Positions 26,365 through 38,844 of a stretch of 64,000 nt of DNA are shown here, in pieces (positions within the stretch are counted from its first letter, which is position 1; every line of letters begins with the position of its first letter). A program made the translations under genes and the position numbers. The notes under the pieces were generated by a model. The model was not told where the DNA came from. It saw nothing but the letters and a program-made list of their open reading frames with translations, and searched no databases. The stretch comes from Glaucostegus cemiculus (lineage: Eukaryota), in the NCBI GenBank assembly GCA_976551045.1, contig CDPCPM010000012.1, positions 682,001 to 746,000 of the forward strand, read 5' to 3'.

Positions 26365-26715
26365 CCTTGATTTTAAAATTCTCCATATTTCATCTTGCTT
26401 CCTATCACTTCCCTGCCTTATCTTCCCAAATCTGGAATCTCCTCCAGAGCTTCAACTCACTGCACTCCCTCAGTTCTGTTATCTTTGCCATCACTGAATT
26501 GAATCCCTCTAGAATTGTTGACCATGCCGTCAGTTGCCAAGGTCTTAAATGAAGAGAGTCCACCTAATAAACTTCTACATCCCTCTTTCAAAATACCTTT
26601 AAAACCTACTTCTCTGACTGAGCTTTTAGTCATCTTGTTCTTTATCTTGTTGTGCAATCTATGCCTGGTAATGCTCCTGTGAAGCAGCTTTTAGGCCATT
26701 TTGCCTTGTTGAAGG
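26365..26715 (+). mobile_element. L2-like LINE 3' end
   Basis: ttttaaaattctc...aatctcctccag...cctttaaaacctacttctctgactgagcttttagtca...gctcctgtgaagc. Confidence 0.6.
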
Positions 26716-28029
26716 AAGTGTATGTTTCAGGGAACACATGGTAATATTTGATGATGCCAGGAGATTTCAGGGGATAGGAAATGTTGAGTTCCCTGGCCAT
26801 TCCCTCACATTGTATTCCACCGTGGGTACACTGCCACCAACTTTGGTACACTGTTACCACCTTTGGTGTGCTCAAGGATGATGATAGAAGATACTGGGAC
26901 ATTCACTAAAATGTTTAATCCTTAAGTGAGACCATGTGAAGCTGTTGCTTGACTAGTCAATGGCACATGTCCCTAAATGTGACTGAATTGGATTTTGCAA
27001 AATTTACTCAGCTGGTTATGTCTTTGTCATGTGTAGATCTGATTCCTAGATCAATATCAGGTTATCTGTCCAATTTGATTATTTGTTATGGCAAATTGGT
27101 AGAATTGCTCTGTTGGTAAGGATTGCTAAGGGTTAACCACATGCTCTGGAGTCATATAAATGCCAGAACAGGTAATGACAGCAGACTTCCTTCCCTGAAG
27201 GACCTTGTAGGATTTGTACAACAATTTGTTCAACCCTGAAGAACTTGTACAACAATTGGGTAGATTCATAATTAAAATTACCAGTACTCTCTATTACAGA
27301 TAAATTTAATTAACCAAATTTAAATATGCCAGCTGCCATGATGACATCGTGTCCAGTGTCTGGATTATCAGTCTACAGCTATAATACATTTTTGATGAAT
27401 ACATTTTGCTCAGACTTCGTATTTAATTTTATAGCAGGCAGCCATATTTACAAAGTTAAATAGCCTGGCAGTTATTATTAAGCATTTGCTGCCCAAAAGC
27501 TCACAGCCAGATATTTGAATGGTTTTGATTGTTTCTATGGTGAGCAACTTCCAGAGGATAATCTGTCCGTTCAGGGAAGAGATTCAGAAGGAGATTGTTC
27601 CTTGGGGCTGCTACTCTATTAAGATGAAAGCTGATGACCAAGTATTTCATGATTCCTAAAGTGATGGGATTTTTATACCAAAGACACTGACTGAAATGAA
27701 GATAATAACGTGATGATATTCTTAGATGGTGAACGTTTCTAATAATATTTTCAGTGATGTTGGAAGTGTGGCATCTTCAGGAAGAGGTGTCTGAACAACT
27801 CTTTCTATTTATTTGCAAGCTCACAACACATTTACGTAGGTGCCAATTATCCTGACCTTTCCCTGCAGGTACTGTCCCATTTTTCTAGGCAAAAAAGTCA
27901 GGGAAAGTGGAGCAAAAGAAAACGAGTTTGCTCACTGTTTTACAATGCCTGATGCTCCAAGGTGGGGAGATGGGGGCTACTGGACTTACATGCACCAAGG
28001 CTGCAGGCGTCAATGAGCTGAGAAAAGAC

Positions 28030-28185
28030 TTGAAGATAAAAATAAAACACAACATTTTGGAAATACTTGGCAGGTCAGGCAGCATCTCCACAAAGACTGA
28101 GTTTCTTGGACCGGAAATGCTAACTGTTTCCCTTTCCACAGGTTCTACCTAATTTGCTGAGTGGTTTCAGCATTTTCCTTTTTTA
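28030..28185. mobile_element. Short Penelope-like derivative with inverted arms
   Basis: ggaaatacttggcaggtcaggcagcatc ... ctacctaatttgctgagtggtttcagcatttt. Confidence 0.6.
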
Positions 28186-28189
28186 AAAC

Positions 28190-28600
28190 AGGACTTGCAT
28201 TTTTATGATGTTTTTTGCGACTTCCAGACATCGCAATGTTTTGCAGCTAGTTGAGCACTGCTTTTTGGAAGGGGAGTCACCACTGTGATGCTGGAAACAA
28301 AGTAGACAAATTGCATAGAGGAAGCACCCAGAAAGAGAAGTGTGACAATGATTAGCTCTCCTCAGTGTTTTGGATAGAGGGATTAAAACTGACCAGAGCA
28401 CTAGGGATAAGAAGCCTGTTTATCTTTAAAATAATGCCATGAGATCTTTTATGTCCCTCTGAAAGAGATGACAGGGCCCAGGGTAATACCTCATTTGAAA
28501 GGTGACTCCTTTCACAATAAAATAGACCTTCAGTGCTACGTTTGAGCATCAACTTTGAATGACATTTCAAGTTGGAGGCAAATGTGCAACCCACTGAACC
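28190..28600 (-). mobile_element. Deu-domain SINE
   Basis: acttgcattttt...aataatgccatgagatcttttatgtccctctgaaagag...cctcatttgaaaggtg. Confidence 0.7.
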
Positions 28601-31135
28601 ACAGGTGGAGGCGTTGTTCTTGGTCTTCTGCCTCCTTTTTCCATTGCAATGCTCATTGTACATCCAGGTGCAACAGCATGAATTATGAAACCATACCTTG
28701 CCCAGTAGAATATTAGTGGGAATCTGGGAAGGCACACTGATGACAGGGGTAATTATTCCTCCCTTTCATGCCATTGAGCTGTTTACAAGGAATCATAGTC
28801 TTCTGTAGCCATGTGCCCTGATATCACAGGCTCAGTACACAGCTACAGGCCCGAGAAGTCAACTGTCTTGTTTTCTCCTCCTCCTATTGCTAGAGGGTCC
28901 CGCCCGGGCTGAGATACCTCTAAAGCAGAAAATACTTCAGTTCACACCTAAGACTACCCATTGGTTGTCCTTCAGCAGCTGCTGCTAAGATGTCATCGAC
29001 TCTGTTGCCAACTCACTTGCACAAGTGGCAGCACACAACAAAAGGCTGCTATGCGGTAAGCAATGAAGACCGCTGAGACTGAATCCCTGGGACTGGGCGA
29101 GAGGAAGAATGCTATTCCCACATGGAAGGATGAGAAACAAATGGGAAGCTTAGGAATCCAGATCCCTGAGGCTTAAATCTTTAAAGAGCTATGATCTCAA
29201 GTGGTGGGAGTGGAGACTGTCTCTGTGTATTTCATTGTGTTTATTGATAAATGAGGGGGAGTGCGGAGTTATTACCAATATTACAAACACAATAAGAAAG
29301 AAGATCCTCATGATCCACAGAATTCCCCTGAGGCAGCTAGAAACTCCAGGAAGATTTTTTAAGCACATGTAGCAAAAATGAAGGGGAATGGGTATAAATG
29401 TTAGCCAAGAGCTTTTAGTCCATCTCAGTATGATAGAGTAAAGTTGTAATGGGCTTTGAGAGGAAGCTACTGTTTTTGTTGGGGGAATTCAGTTTTTTAA
29501 AATTCATTTTCAGAATCTGGGTGTGCTGACAAGGCCAGCATTTATTGCTCTTCCTTAATTATTTGTGGCAGATTTGAGGTGGTAACATTTTAGACCAGAT
29601 TCCTCTCTTTACTCCTCTTGATTAAGAGGAGTTGAAAAGACAGTGGTACTTCAGGAAATAATTGAAGCCGCAAGTGTTACCTGTTTTTGAACTTGAAAGA
29701 TTTGATGTTACTGTTTCAAGTAAAGCCACTGAATTAATATAATGGGTTTATTACTTGTATGGGTAAAGCTAACTTCAAGATTACTCTGATTATGGTCACA
29801 TTTTGAATAATGGGAAACCTGGGATTGCCTGTGTAAGATCTTTGCACTGGACAAATCAAAAATACTCTTAAATTGTGAGTACTATTTCATTAAATGGCCA
29901 AAGCAGGTTAAAACAAGTTAAAATGAATTTAAATTTTCAGAAAGTACAGTTTTCACAATGCAGCATTTCAAATGTAGATATTTGTGATTAGTATACTGTT
30001 ATTGTTGGTGAATGCCAATTATCAGTTTGCCAATGACAAGAGTCATACTAGGTTAAGTTTAATCACAGTATCTACAGTAACCCAATTAAAATGAATGGGC
30101 TCCCGTAAGCATTGTGATGGGGGGCAGTGGGGTGGAATTTGAGCTGCCTGTGCACATTAAGCTGTATAACCCACACCTCATTAAACAGATAGAATTGTGT
30201 GTGGCTCTAAAGGTTAATAGGATTCTTTGTATTTATAATTCACTTTTATTCAGTATGACAGAATTCTAAACTTTAATCTTCCTCTGTTTCTGACCATAAA
30301 CAGTTCAGACACAAACTTTTAACAGGAAGAGATAATCAGCTCTCACCTTTTTTCTCTTTAGTCACCTTCAAGAGCCACCAGTAGATTTACAGCCACATTT
30401 TAATACAAAATAATCATCTAAACTCATTATCAGGCTTATGCACAAGACTGTTTAAAGATACTGATATTCAGATGATGACTGTTTACACCTGAAGATTGCC
30501 TTTGCTGTGAATTAGTTTTTCTAATAAGATATATTTAAGACCATAGGGTACCCATTCTCCACAATATTTGATTGTCAGGCACCAGAAATTGCAGTTAGTT
30601 AACACTATAGTATTGTCTCCAGGGTGCTAATGATCAGCCTTTAGGAAGGGGCAGGCCTGAAAGATTTTTATATAAAGGTAAAAATATTTGGAACTCAGGA
30701 CTCTTGCAGTATTATTGGCAACTGCGGCTTTAGTGAGAGCAAACAACAATGCATCAGCTGAAAAATATATCATTATAGCAAGTGGTGTGAAATTCTGATC
30801 ACTAGTGTCTGTTCTGTGGATGAAATGGATGCTGTCTGAGTACCAAACTGGTGCCTGTGATGCATACACATTTTTACGGTGCATTTTGTAGCAGAAGTCA
30901 TGTTGGTGAGAACAACATACACTGATAGCCCGTGGGATGATTTAGAGTTGGGAGGAATGTGAACAACCACCATCCAACATAGGTTCCTTGCCTGCATGGC
31001 CTTTTTGGATCTCAGTGTTCCAACCAGCACTTCTATTAAACACAAGAGCAGTAAAAATCCAACCACCCCTTCCACCACGCCCCCCCCACCCCCCACGTTT
31101 ATTTAAAGGGATTACCCAATCCCTACAGGGAGTTA

Positions 31136-31553
31136 CAAACATAAAATGCTGGAGGAACTCAAAACAGGTCAGGCAGCACCTATGGAGGGAAATGAACAGT
31201 TGAAGTTTTGGGTGAGACCCTTCATCAGGACTGGAAAGGGAGAAGGCAGAAGCCAGAATAAAAGGGTAGGGAAGGGAGAGAAGCGCAGGCTGGCAGGTGA
31301 TAAGTGAGTCCAGGTGAGAGGTGGGTAGGTAGGTAGGTGGGGGAGGGGACATGAAAGGGAATGATGTGAGAAGCTGGAAATTGATAGATGGAAGAAGCAA
31401 AAGGGCTGAAAATAAGGAATCGGATAGGAGAGGACGGTAGACCATGGAATAAAGGGAAGGTGGGCTGGTCGTGAGGGCGGGGAAGGGGAAAGAGAAGGAG
31501 TGAAAGAGGTTCGTTGCTCCAGTTTTCCAGCATGTACGATCTCTCTTGTGTCT
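31136..31553. mobile_element. Penelope-like element remnant with 15-bp TSD
   Basis: TSD ccctacagggagtta (31121-31135) / ccttacagggagtta (31554-31568); decayed hammerhead ctgatgaagggtctcacccaaaac on the minus strand. Confidence 0.8.
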
Positions 31554-31664
31554 CCTTACAGGGAGTTATAGTGATTCTGCAAGTATTGGTGATTGGTTCA
31601 TTGTAAGTTTTCTCCAGTTACTTCAAGTTGGAGGAGTAGTCATGGATAGGTGCAACATATGTTG

Positions 31665-32050
31665 AAGGACAATTCCTGTTGCACAATCCAGCTCTTCCCA
31701 TGCATGCATTCATTGCTAGGTAGCCCCATTCAATGTCATGTGACTGGGTGAAAGAACAGGTCAAGTTGGTGGAAGGGAGAAGAGGAGAAGAAAAGCTCAT
31801 AACAGGAGGTCATTGCCATTCAGAGACTTTAGGAACAATTGTCCTATTTGAATCTCAATGGGGAACAAGGTGTGAGATGTCTGTCTATCAGTAAGGATCC
31901 CCTTCATTTTTCATAGCCACAATTCTAACATCAAAAGGTGACAGAGACCACATTGCAGTGGATGACAAGATAGTGAACTTTTGCATGGGTTTACCTGCCA
32001 CTGAAAGCATGCATGGAAACAGCTGGATTGTGTGTCAGAAATTGTCCTTT
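31665..32050. mobile_element. MITE-like element with ~65-bp imperfect TIRs
   Basis: aaggacaattcctgttgcacaatccagctcttcccatgcatgc... vs ...gcatgcatggaaacagctggattgtgtgtcagaaattgtcctt. Confidence 0.75.
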
Positions 32051-32619
32051 AAGAATCACGTTCCATTCTGGGTGGAAGTGGAAAAATGTGCAATGTCTCA
32101 CAGTCCGCTGATCACTGATGAAAAGGTACGTTACTGAAGTTCCCTGATCAAAGGATACTAACTACATCTCAAAGGAGAGCAAAAAAGTAGCTTTGTGAGC
32201 ATTGTAGGTTTCCTACAGTACAGTACAGCACACCAGTGACCTGTCTGGAGGGGTGCAGATTGAACAATGCTCAAGACATGATACTACGCAGGGCAAACCA
32301 GCCCACTTGACTGGATCAAGTAAGAGGTGCTTACATCAATTGCAACTTGTAACCAGAAATGAGCAGGTGGGGAAGTTTGATGGTAGGAAGAGATTAATGA
32401 TGTGCAAATGATGGGAATATAGTGAAATGAACTCTACAGGTCAGGCCATCGGACCATGATCTCGCCAGCCTTGACCACTTGGCACGATCACTGAACTTCA
32501 ACAATTTCTGTCATTCAGGACTTGGCTCTAACATATGTTCCACTGCATTCTCAAACACTTAGCACTTTTCCAATTCATCACACTCACAACTCAGCTTGCA
32601 CAGCATGTCAGCCATTCAA

Positions 32620-33005
32620 CTAGCTCTTCCAGATTATCCAATCGGAAGCTCAGCTGTTAACATACTCAACACTGAGGCAGGAGGTTATACTCCAGAGACT
32701 TTGCACAAACAAATGTTTTCAATCCAGAGCAAGACTGAGGGAATGCTGCCCTGTCTTCTTCATACAATTCCATGGCAATATTTCAAATAAGTACACGGAG
32801 CTATTTCAGATCTCCTAGCTGATGGATATCCTTCGGTCAATGCCTATGGATTATCTAATCATTATTAACTATGTTGTTTTGTGGGAGCTTGTTGCGCATG
32901 GGGTATTGTGTTTCCTACATTCCAAAAGTGATCACCATTCAAAAATACTACATTTTATTGTCAAATACTTTGAGATGTCCTGAGTTAGAGGCACTATACA
33001 ATAAA
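32620..33005 (+). mobile_element. Deu-domain SINE
   Basis: actgagggaatgctgc...ccatggcaatatttc...ttgtgggagcttgttgcgca...tgtttcctacatt...tttgagatgtcctgag. Confidence 0.72.
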
Positions 33006-34599
33006 TATTTCATTTCTCATATTCATGACATTTTCCAAAAGGGAAAAGCTACTAATGGACCATGTCAGGGAGCCAGTTGGTTGTGTAGAAGTCTTGAAAT
33101 CAAGGCAAATAGCTTCAGCACCTGCAAAGATCTTTCCACTCAACTTTAAGGGGCTCTACAAAGAGCCACACAGGCATAGAACAGCACTGACAACCAGCAG
33201 AAATTAATCAGCAACAAACTTGGAAACAGTGCAAGAGGTCTTTGAATAGCAATAATAGGGATGGGGATAGGTCGGAGGGGGGATGCAGGGAGGTGAGGAC
33301 TTGTTTCATTGCTACATGCATGTTTAGTTGTGTGGGAATATGAAGGGATGCTTCAATATGACAGTGCTGTGATAGTTATTGCAATCTTTCTACCTGATGT
33401 AACTCTAGTTGGCTCATGCCCCTCACCAACATGGGGACCAGAACTACACGTGTCACAAATTGTACACCCAAACACCTTTGCCACAGAGTTGGATCTTGTG
33501 GCTTCTATTTTCAGAAAAGATTAAAATTAAAATCAGTTGGAAGGTTTGATAAACATACTAATTTTTCTCAAATTCTTTCATCATGGTGTATAGCACAACT
33601 ATAGACACCACTATCTACTGCTCCAGAACTCACTATATCAAATAGAAAATGTACAGCTTTTACCAGAGAATAACGATCAATGGCCTTTTGGTATGTTGCT
33701 TTAAAGGAATCATAAATTAATTTCTCTGAGGATTATCCTCATCACCCAATGCAACTTTGCCAGAAGAGACAATTAAATCCTAGACCAACTGGCTGGTATT
33801 TCCTCTCCCTTGCCCAGGAGCACTGAAGCAATTTATAACACACATCATACATGATTGAACTATAAATATGCTGATAGAAAAATAATAGGTACATTGAAAT
33901 AATTACAATGATTCAGCATCTAACAAGGCAAATTAGTAAGAAAATTCATTTTGGTTATCTTGTGAACAATACTCACTTTTACTCATTTATAAACAGCAGT
34001 TCATGTTTACTGAAAAATCTTTAGGTACTCTAGTTCTAAAACCTAACAAACACAACATGTTATCAGCAATAATCTGTTGAGCATTGTCGTGTAGTGGATG
34101 ATTTCATTGCTTAGGCACAAGCTCAGTATAATTTAGATTAGCTCAGGCATATTCGTCTGTGTTCCAAAGAGAATATAGTATTAATATTGAAAGCTAAAAT
34201 GGGGAGTGAAGACATTTCTTATAGCATATTTTTTGCTCAATAGTGGATGATGAATATTATAAATTACCTTCATGTCCCTTAGCCAGGGAGAAGAAATGAT
34301 AGCTAGAGTTTAATTACCTCTTCATACATAATTACAGAGAAAAATCCTCATAGAAATTCACCTCGAGGAAATAGGGCAAAATTATGGTGCAATTTAAAAT
34401 CCAAGAACAGATCACTTGGCTGAAATGTTGTTTGAACAATCATAACATACAAGGCTCTGGACCAAGGACTAGGAAGTGGGATAACCCACAGTCTATTTTT
34501 GCGTTGCATGGACTAGAGGACTGCTTGGATACAAAACTGAGACCTGACCCAACATACAAGCTTTTTTCTGATCTGACTAATTATGTACTTATAGAGCTT

Positions 34600-34990
34600 C
34601 CCCTGAAAAGCAGAACTAGTCCTTATAGCAACTTCAACACTCTAACAGCTCCCTGGATAAAGAAGTTTCTCTTGTATTTCATGATAGATTTCCTGGTGAC
34701 TTTGATACATTAATGAGCTCCTGCTTAGGACTCCCTCACAGATGGAAATGTGTTCTTCCACCTTCTGAGAATTTTAGAGGTCTCTATTAGTTCAGCTCTC
34801 TGGCTTTATCTTTCCACAGAAAAGATGCTCATTGTTTTCCTGAAAATTGTAACTTTTTAGTTCTGAGATTATTTTTGTAATCCTTTTCTGCACCTCCTCT
34901 TGCATCTCTAAAATGGAGGCCAGAGTGAATCATATATCTCCAAGTGTGACTAACTAAGGTGCTACAGAAGCTTAGCTTAATTTTTGTGCT
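34600..34990 (-). mobile_element. Degenerate CR1 fragment
   Basis: aagaagtttctc...ttctgcacctcc...ctccaagtgtgactaactaagg resembles the reverse complement of CR1 3' sequence. Confidence 0.55.
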
Positions 34991-35248
34991 TTTCAATTAC
35001 TTAGCTGGAATTGAATATGTCTGTGTTTCTAAGGCAAGTTGCCTTTGTATGAGCTCAATTCTAGTCAGTCTGCAATAAAATGTTAATTTGAACCAGTTTT
35101 AAAGACAAAGTTTCATCTTGTTTCATGTGCCCCCTCTGAAAATTCTAAGTTTAATTAATATTATGAAGTAGAACTTTCCTTCATCTTATTTCAGAAGTTT
35201 AATTTGGATGTCAACGGAAAAGTTGATAGACTTATTGGGTACACTTAC

Positions 35249-35281
35249 AGGCACATCCACATACTTGGAGGCTGCTTTCAC
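35249..35281 (-). CDS. CADPS: CADPS 33-nt exon: VKAASKYVDVP
   Basis: ttttaaag|GTG...CCT|gtaagt. Confidence 0.96.
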
Positions 35282-35830
35282 CTTTAAAATAAAATAGAAA
35301 GAAGGAGATGACAAAAAGAATCCTTGGGGTAAATCCACAGATGCATCACATTAACATGTTGTGTATATTTTTAACATACAAAAAGTCACAATGCCTTTTA
35401 ACTGTGCCTTGTAAAATGACAAGCGTGGAACCTCAGATTAATAGATAATCAAGAATCCCCAGCTTTGGTCTAGCATGTATGATACAGATACTCATTAGGA
35501 ATGGAGAAAACACTGGTACAAAGTTTACAAGTTAACCTTTCTTTTGTGTTGCATGGTTGTTCTAAATCAGAGAAGGAAGGAAGTAATGTGGACAAGCTGT
35601 AAAATAAGATTAAATCTCACACATGGGCCTGCTCCAAACAAGTCCAGCAGATAATTCAGGAAAATGGCTAACCAGAGTACAGATGCAAGGGTACATGCCA
35701 TGCCATCCATATACAACTTTGAATGAAAACATACAATACTTTCATGTTACTTTTCTAAATGGATAGAGCATCTATATTCATCTTCATTAACATACTGAGC
35801 ACAAAAATAACATAAAAACTTTTCTCTTAC

Positions 35831-35914
35831 AGTGAATGACAGAAAGGATGAGAAGAGAGTTCCTTCATCGTATCTGGATAATTTGGACAGTACTCCTTCC
35901 AAAATAGTAACAAA
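35831..35914 (-). CDS. CADPS: CADPS 84-nt exon: [28 protein letters not shown]
   Basis: ccaatag|TTT...ACT|gtaaga. Confidence 0.97.
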
Positions 35915-36512
35915 CTATTGGAAGAAAATGATTAAAGTCAAATGAAGTTACTGGTTATTAAAACTTTAACAGTTCCTTCCAATCTGAAAAGTAGATGAAC
36001 ATAAGCTAACAAGGCACTTTCAGAAGGATCTAAACTTAATTTTATTCCATCATTCTTAATTCTAATGAATGAACTGAAAGGACCTGACTTGCCATTTGTA
36101 CAGTTCAGTCCACTGCTGTTAATATCACAGTTTGCTGCTAATTGGACCACAAATTGTCATATATATGCTTGATCAGATGTAGCACTACTATTGATCAGTT
36201 AAATTAGTGAATTGCCTCTCCATCAAATTCATTTCTTATAATGTAGTCAAAAAGACTAGTTCTCTCTACAATGTGATTTTTATAGAATTCTTCAGAAAAT
36301 TCATTAACACAGTCATATCACTAAAGCATTTGAATCAAATACATGGCATTTAATAATGCTAACAAAGATAACACATTATCTAACTAATCATTCCCTTTGA
36401 AAAGGTCAGGTGAAAAGTACAACATCCAATTGTAAAAACCATCCTTGTTTAGAGGGTGTCTTAAATAAGAGATCTGATTTCTAAAACATGGTCATAATAT
36501 TCTGAACTTTAC

Positions 36513-36587
36513 CTTAGCAACCATGAGGGTTATCATTTCTTTGACAGTTTCTTCAATCAACTCATCAATTTTAGAATGGTATTGCCG
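36513..36587 (-). CDS. CADPS: CADPS 75-nt exon: [25 protein letters not shown]
   Basis: ttttcag|CGG...AAG|gtaaag. Confidence 0.97.
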
Positions 36588-38407
36588 CTGAAAAAAAATA
36601 GAAAAGTGCATGGGCAAAATGCGATATTCACTTTTTAAACAAAATATGGCAGAGGCAGATCAAATGTTCACCCAACAATACATATACAATTTGCTCCTTT
36701 ATCTAGTTCTGTTCATAGTCACTTTATTATTTGTTTAGTATTCCAATACCTTGGTGGTTGTGGGGAAATTATATACAATAAAATATTAAAATAATTTGTG
36801 TGTGTATTGTTGATGAATATTGCTCTTTTAATCCTTCAAGGAGATATGCAAGGAAACATTACATCTTTTCCTTTTCAGTGAGAACAAAGTTATTGACAAA
36901 TGTCATCGGAACAAATTATTAGTTCTAATAGGGAGAAACATGTTTGTCATTTAAATTTTGTTCTGTAATGGCTAAAGATAAGCATATGATTACAGTTAAA
37001 GTTGCAGCTTCTTAGCATTGTTGAAGACATACAGCCAAGTGGTATCTTTGAAGAGGAATTGATACAGGAAAGATACTAATTTTAATGATTCTGAGAAGTG
37101 CAATTTTGTGTGGCAGTTTGTCTGAATCCTTAACTATGAATGGTTAGGAAATTACATCATTTTTTGCATGTCTTTAAAATTTGTTTGTTTTTGCATCATT
37201 TACTAACCTAATCAGAGTTAAAAGCCAGTCTGTGGTCTGATCCCTGATGTAGGTTGTGTGGAGTTCTATACGTGTACACTTATTTTTGAGATGGTTTTGA
37301 AATGATTTAAATGATATGAATGCTTTGTAGTTCCAAATCAATTCCGCGTCTTCTAACAAAAAGGCTCAGATGAAACAGTAATTCCGATCTCTTTCCAAAC
37401 ATGTTGCTTAACTTTGAGTGTTTCCAGCATTTTCTGTTTTTATTTCAGATTTCCAGCACTGCAATTTTTCTTTGTTTTTTTCACTTATTTCGAAGTTGGA
37501 TGAGAGTGAAAATAGTAAATGTGTATACCCAGCAAAAGTCTGAATTAACTTTTAAGTTGCTGTGGGTGTAAACTTAATGTGGATCTTACTGTGACTTTGC
37601 TTTTCAGGGACTAGGTATGACCTTCAAGGTTTAGCCCAGCAGTTGATGCTTCAGGATTGTGTTTTATTTTAAATAAAATGAAATTTTGATTCTGTTGGGT
37701 TGCTGCTGGAAATTGCATTTCTTTCATGCAGTTTAAATTGGAATTAATGAAAGCTCTGCTTAATCTGAGCAAGACTCGGTATTCCTCAGTGACTCCTTGT
37801 GCATCCACATAGGTTCAGAAAAGGCAATGAGATAAGGGAAAGGCTCAGTTACTCAAATTATAAGTTGCATTTATTTATAAGGATAGTGTCTCTTTGGGAC
37901 ATATGCAAAAGCTATTTAGAGCCCAAATACTTTGTGAAGCTCCACCATGTTTCCTGTTTAATGAGAGTATTTTTCCTCAGACATGTTCATTACTTTTAAA
38001 TTTATTTGGCTTCTGGTAACTTAAAAATCAACTGAAGAAAGAACAAGATGATGTAATTTACTGGGTGTTGTTTGCAAGCACATGCAATCACACAATCTGT
38101 TTTTTTAATTGTGGTTTAGTTGATAAAATGTTGATCTGAATTAAATTTGGAAGAAATTATGATGACCTGAATTCCACAAGATCCATATGCAATTCTGACT
38201 AATTTTGTAAATTATGTGAGAGACTAGTTTGGGAGACATCACTTAATAAAAATTGGTGTCAATGATTTCTATGTTCGAATGGGATTTTAAGGATAAAATT
38301 AGTACAAGTTTCAAATTGTACAAAAACTTAGAGAAGAAACAATATGAATGCATGTCTTAATACAGTTTAGATATCAGATCCTACACTACTGAGTGAGCTG
38401 AGAGTGC

Positions 38408-38715
38408 TTAGATTAGATTAGATATTTATTTATAGTCACATGTACATCGAAACACAGTGAAATATGTCTTCTTGCGTTAATGAGAATATGCTGGAGGCAG
38501 CCTGCAAGTGTCACCACTCTTCCGGCACCAACATCACACGCCCATAACTCCTAACCTGTATGTCTTTGGAATGTGGGAGGAAACCAGAGCACCTGGAGGA
38601 AACCCGAGCAGATACATGGGGAGAACGTACAAATTCCTTACAGACAGCGGTGGGAATTGAACCCGGGTCGCTGGCACTGTAATAGTGTTACGCTAACCGC
38701 TACACTACCATGCTG
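38408..38715 (-). mobile_element. tRNA-derived V-SINE with Rex1/L2-type tail
   Basis: A-box tagcggttag, B-box gggttcaattcc, V-domain, (TCTAA)n tail; same family as 23706-24005. Confidence 0.85.
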
Positions 38716-38844
38716 TAATCAAGTCTCCCAATTCACAAGGGAATCCTTTGAAGTGCAGAAATGAATAAATCAGGATTGTTCAATTTGACTTTAAAGAACA
38801 TGTAAAACATATCTTATAAAAAGTATCCCACCCAATGAGTTAAC

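Noticed and set aside
30942-31533. Overlapping 100-167-aa ORFs
   Set aside because: Purine/pyrimidine-skewed Penelope-like repeat; the same pseudo-peptides recur at 53628-54402
38640-38715. tRNA-like A and B boxes
   Set aside because: SINE head contiguous with V-domain and tail; not a tRNA gene
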